Source: Eledone cirrhosa
Lineage: Eukaryota
Assembly: GCA_964016885.1 (NCBI GenBank)
Contig: OZ024740.1
Coordinates: forward strand, 249,054,001-249,118,000
Reading direction: 5' to 3'
Length of the DNA stretch: 64,000 bases
The notes under the pieces are model-generated. The model saw only the letters and a list, made by a program, of their open reading frames with translations, did no database searches and had not been told where the DNA came from. Each line of letters opens with the position of its first letter. The stretch's first letter is position 1. Both the position numbers and the translations under genes were made by a program. Shown piece by piece: positions 59,731 through 64,000 of this stretch.

Positions 59731-60589
59731 GTAAGGACCCTTTAGTCTTATCAAGTGCATGGCAACCTCTCTATTGCTGGTGCCATGATAAAATGAACTA
59801 AATACACTTTGTATAATGGTTGATAATCAAATGGTGACAATGTAGGGTAGAAAGAATGTTTTAGTCTTGTCAAGGATATGACAACCTTTCTAGTGTTGGT
59901 ACCATGATAAAATGCACCTAGTATACCCTGTAAGATTAAACAGTGACAGTGTAGGCTAGAGAGAACTCTTTAGTCTTACCAAAGATATGAAAACTTCTTT
60001 AATGATGGCGGCATGATAAAATGCACCAGGATCACTCTGTAAATTGAATGGTGTTAGGAAAGACATCCAGTTGTAGGAACCATGTCAAAAATGGAAGTAG
60101 GAGCATGACATAATTCCCTGTAACTCCAAATACAAACTGACTCGGACCATAACAACTCATCTAACTCATGCCAGAATGGAAAACATATGTACAATTATGA
60201 TGAATGGTATATAGTGATGCTGTTTGTCAGAGGGCACAGTTGGAAAACATTTCCTAACAGATACTTACTGCCAGTTAAAACAAGGACTCAGCCTAATGGT
60301 TATAGCTTATGAAGCTTCCTTATCAGCTGGTGTATCTTATCCCAAATCTTCTTCCACATCAAATAAAGAATTTTGGAAGGCCCAATGGAAACCACTGACA
60401 TCCTGCTAAGCTTCTCACAGGGGTTAAAGTAGTAGAGTACTTAGTGGCTTCAAGGTTGGTATATGTTCATTCAGTTTTCATAGTATCTTGTGCTTTCTGC
60501 GCAAGTCTTTCTTGTTTCAATTTCATCTTTCCCATGACATCCTGGGCCACTTTATTACCTTGTGATCAAATAAAGGTAAAAAGGCATAT

Positions 60590-60601
60590 TGTGTATGTGT
60601 A

Positions 60602-60640
<39 letters not shown>

Positions 60641-60950
60641 ACACATGAATGTGTATGAGTGTGCCCTTGTGTGAGTACATGTGAATATATGCATGTATGA
60701 TGTGTGTGTATGTGTGTAAATGTGCATGTGTAATTTTTGTGAATGTGTTCATGTTTGAATGTACATATGTGTATGAGTGTATGTGATTGTTCATGTGTAT
60801 GTGTGTGTGAGACAGTGCATGTGTCTGTGTATGCATGTATGTATGTGTACATGCATAAATGTGGTTGCATTTGTGTACACATATGTATGAGTATTTGTGT
60901 GGCTCTGCATGTGAATGCCTGTATGTATGTATGTGTGTGTGTGGATGTGT
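60590..60950. repeat. degenerate (TG)n/(TATG)n microsatellite tract
   Basis: Directly visible; it generates spurious His/Thr and Cys/Val ORFs. Confidence 0.9.
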
Positions 60951-61419
60951 GATTTACTTGAAGTGCTCAGGATAGAAATAGTATTTCTTGAGGAAATATA
61001 CTTCATATGTTGTTATTATTTTAGATTTACCTTTATTAGCCCTCCTCTTCCTCCCATCTTAATCATCATTATCACCACCAGCACCACCACCACCACCATC
61101 ATTTTCATTGTCAATACCATTGCCATCACCACTATCATTCCTTTCCAATAAAAAGAAAATGTTGTGTATCAAATGCACTTTAAAATTGAGAATTTTGTAA
61201 ACAACAAAAACAGCAACAAGAATAACAACAGCAGCAACAAAACATCAGTGACAACTTCAATGACTGATGTTTTTTTTTTAATGATTAATAGCCCTTCCTA
61301 ACACCAACCACTTTACAATTATTATTATCACCATCCTCACCACCACTCTTACCCTCCACTATCTCCCACTACTATCACCATCAACATCATTATTACTGTT
61401 ATCATTCCAATCTACCAGG

Positions 61420-61705
61420 GTGGTGGATTGGCAGTATCGGTAGAGGGTCGGACACCATGCTTTCCAGCATAGTTACGTCCCTTTACGATCTGAGTTCAAA
61501 TCCTGCCGAGGTTGACTTTGCCTTTCATCCTTACGGGGTCGATAAAATAAAGTACCAGTATTGCACTGGGTAATTGCTGGCCTTGTGCCTAAAGTAGAAA
61601 CAATTATTATTATTGCCTTTCATCCTTACGGGGTCGATAAAATAAAGTACCAGTAATACACTGGTATAATTGCTGGCCTTGTGCCAAAAGTAGAAACAAT
61701 TATTA
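61420..61705 (+). mobile_element. tRNA-derived SINE with a duplicated 3' half
   Basis: Full copy at 61420-61612, then GCCTTTCATCC...AGAAACAATT repeated at ~61614-61705. Confidence 0.9.
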
Positions 61706-62194
61706 TTGTTATCGTTGGATGTCAATGAAGCACACCCCTACCAAGCCACCCATCAGCACCAAGACATTATCTCTGTTATTTTAAAGGGTTCTTGGAATTT
61801 ATGACATTTTTCACTTAACTTTGCTGTATGCCCAGATGGAATAATAACAACAAAATCAAAGCCCCACTCAAAACACAATAAATATATCATTATGACAACA
61901 ACAATAACAATAACAACAAATATAACACAAGAAGAAGAAGAACAACAACAAATATAAAAACAATAAGAACCATCAACAATAACAAACAGTACTTAATAGA
62001 GACAAAAAGAAAATGATGTCATCCATATACAATGTTTAATGGTTAACAGAAAATGTTTCTGTCTTATGTATTGTTGTGTATTGTTTTTGGTGTTATTGTT
62101 TTTAGTGTTTTTATTGTTGCTGGTGTTGCACATTGTTATTTTTGTCTATTGTTGTTGTTATTGTTTTAATGTTAGTGTGTAATGTTAGTATGCA

Positions 62195-62495
62195 TGAATG
62201 GTGAGGCACAGATGTGTTTAAAGAAAAACTATGTATAAGAATAATCAGATGTAATGCATATGGATGATGATAGTTGAGTAAAGAAGGGCCAAGAAATGAG
62301 AGGGAAAGGAAGATGTGGTACAGTTAGGTCAAAGAAGACTTGGTTAGAAATGGTGACAGCAATATCATGATGCTGAATCTGAAAAAAGATGACAAAGGAA
62401 AGAATCAAAGAGTGGGATGATGTAATGGAGATGACACATCTAACCCAAGTAAGCATGGAGAAGCATAAATTAAAATGATGATGATGATGATGGTG
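62195..62495 (+). mobile_element. old RTE LINE 3' fragment
   Basis: G.CG.VRSKKTW remnant, CTAACCCAAGTAAGCATGGA and a (GAT)n tail. Confidence 0.6.
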
Positions 62496-64000
62496 TATAT
62501 ATTGTTATGGTTATATATATATATTATTTGGTTTGTCACTGAGTATTGTTAGTACTCTTAGTACTTACCACTTATATACAACCATATATACTCATGTATA
62601 TTTTTCCATGAAAATATGGTGAGAAAACCCAGCATGTGTCTTATCTACTGGAACTACAAAACCTTTGTCTAAAATATATGGTACATTGTAAATGTATGTA
62701 AAATATAGGTGTGGTTTATACAAGTGTGTAATATAGGGAAAGCAAGCCACAATCTATATAAACAAGTATTGGCTATATAATGTTTTGGACAATGGTGTTT
62801 TTTTTTCATTTTTTTTTTTTTTTTGCTATTGATCTATCTCGATTATCTACTGAGTGTGAGTGTATGCATATGTAGCGGAAAATCGGTATTCTTTTGATGG
62901 GTGTTTGTTGAAATGAATAATGCTATGATTGTGTTGTTAACAATGTTTATTTTATAACAACAATATTCATCTTGAACATCGAGTAATATCTATGACATGA
63001 ATTATCCCTACATTATTCAGTTGACTAACTTTTACGAGTTAGTGTAAAAGGTCTGCTGATGCCTACATGATTATCTCTCACTGACTGCTGCTTCGAGTCT
63101 GTCTGTGTCTGTGGCCGAGAAGGTGATAACCAGAGAGGCCAGGAGAGGGAGATAGCGTGAAAGGTCTGCTACATCGTGAACCTTAACACGGGCTGCTTGC
63201 TTCGGTATCTCTGGTCTTTAGATTCCTTAACTCCTTGTATTTATAATAGTGCTATAGTTAGTAGGATGTGCATATGAGGTTGATTTATGATCAGCCATGT
63301 GGATATCGTCTCCCAGGAAGCTGTGATCAGAGGTCAAGTGTTATGTATGTTTATCATCGTTGACTTGACAGGACAATTGTGGGAACTTTCCAATAATGGG
63401 TGGTCCCAGAGGCGAGAAACCTCAGATTCGGTTTCGAATCTTCGCTGGTAAAATATAGGAGTATTTCGTTATACATATACATGTAGCTTAGTGATTTGGA
63501 TATTTGGCTCACAATTGAGCAAAACACTTTATTTCACATTGCTCCAGTTCACTCAGCTGGCAAAAATGAGTTGTAACTATAAATTCAAAGGGCCAGACAC
63601 TGTGTCATACTGAATTTCCCTGAGAATTACATTAAGGGTACACATTGTCATTGGAATGCTCAACCACTTGTACATTAATTTCACAAGCTGGCTGTTCCGT
63701 TGATCACATCAACTAGAATTCTGATCATTGGAACCAATGGTGTCCAATATATGTGTGCATACACATGTATTGGACACACACACACATCATTACTGATTAA
63801 TGTCCATTTTTCCATGCTTCCATAGGTTAGACGGGTTGCTCACATCATGTGACAAGTCTGGCCAGCTGGCCGCACCTCACCTCGCTCAGATGGAACAGTA
63901 ATTTGGCTGGGATTTTTACAACTGGATGCCCTTCCTAACACCAACCATGGTTACAGGGTGGAACTGGGTAGCACCATTATGAGGAGGACCTGGCTAGTTG

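Noticed and set aside
60523-61006. His/Thr- and Cys/Val-rich ORFs (also 979-1339)
   Set aside because: Translations of (TG)/(CA) microsatellites.
63030-63480. GC-richer stretch, possibly the last ERMP1 exon or an LTR
   Set aside because: No frame resembling the ERMP1 C-terminus (AAHY...FPDW), and no definable LTR termini.

Overview
Eukaryotic, AT-rich, repeat-saturated DNA, most likely from a cephalopod (octopus-like SINE/RTE tails; this is an inference). The window lies inside one + strand gene, an ERMP1-like endoplasmic reticulum metallopeptidase (peptidase M28). Nine GT-AG exons (197-289, 19022-19240, 22662-22888, 43788-43953, 45112-45302, 52732-52887, 57019-57224, 58089-58204, 59150-59334) join in a consistent reading frame, running from the end of the M28 domain through the multi-pass membrane region into the C-terminal domain. 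The start and final exons are outside the window, and a 21-nt microexon candidate sits at 59710-59730. The introns (up to ~21 kb) hold nested, mostly decayed transposable elements: non-autonomous Helitrons, a DD37D (maT) element and a mariner, two Gypsy LTR elements, RTE LINEs with a PHD finger inside the RT, Rex3/Expander-like RTEs, five Tx1-clade LINEs, R4- and CRE-type restriction-endonuclease LINE pieces, Penelope-like fragments and many tRNA-derived SINEs. There is no prokaryotic system or CRISPR array. The most interesting signals are a Tx1/SINE pair with shared 3' ends forming (ATT)n-seeded chains, the PHD-in-RT RTE family, a Helitron whose empty site survives in a tandem duplicate, and the microexon candidate. 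TE boundaries were read by eye and are approximate unless termini are quoted.
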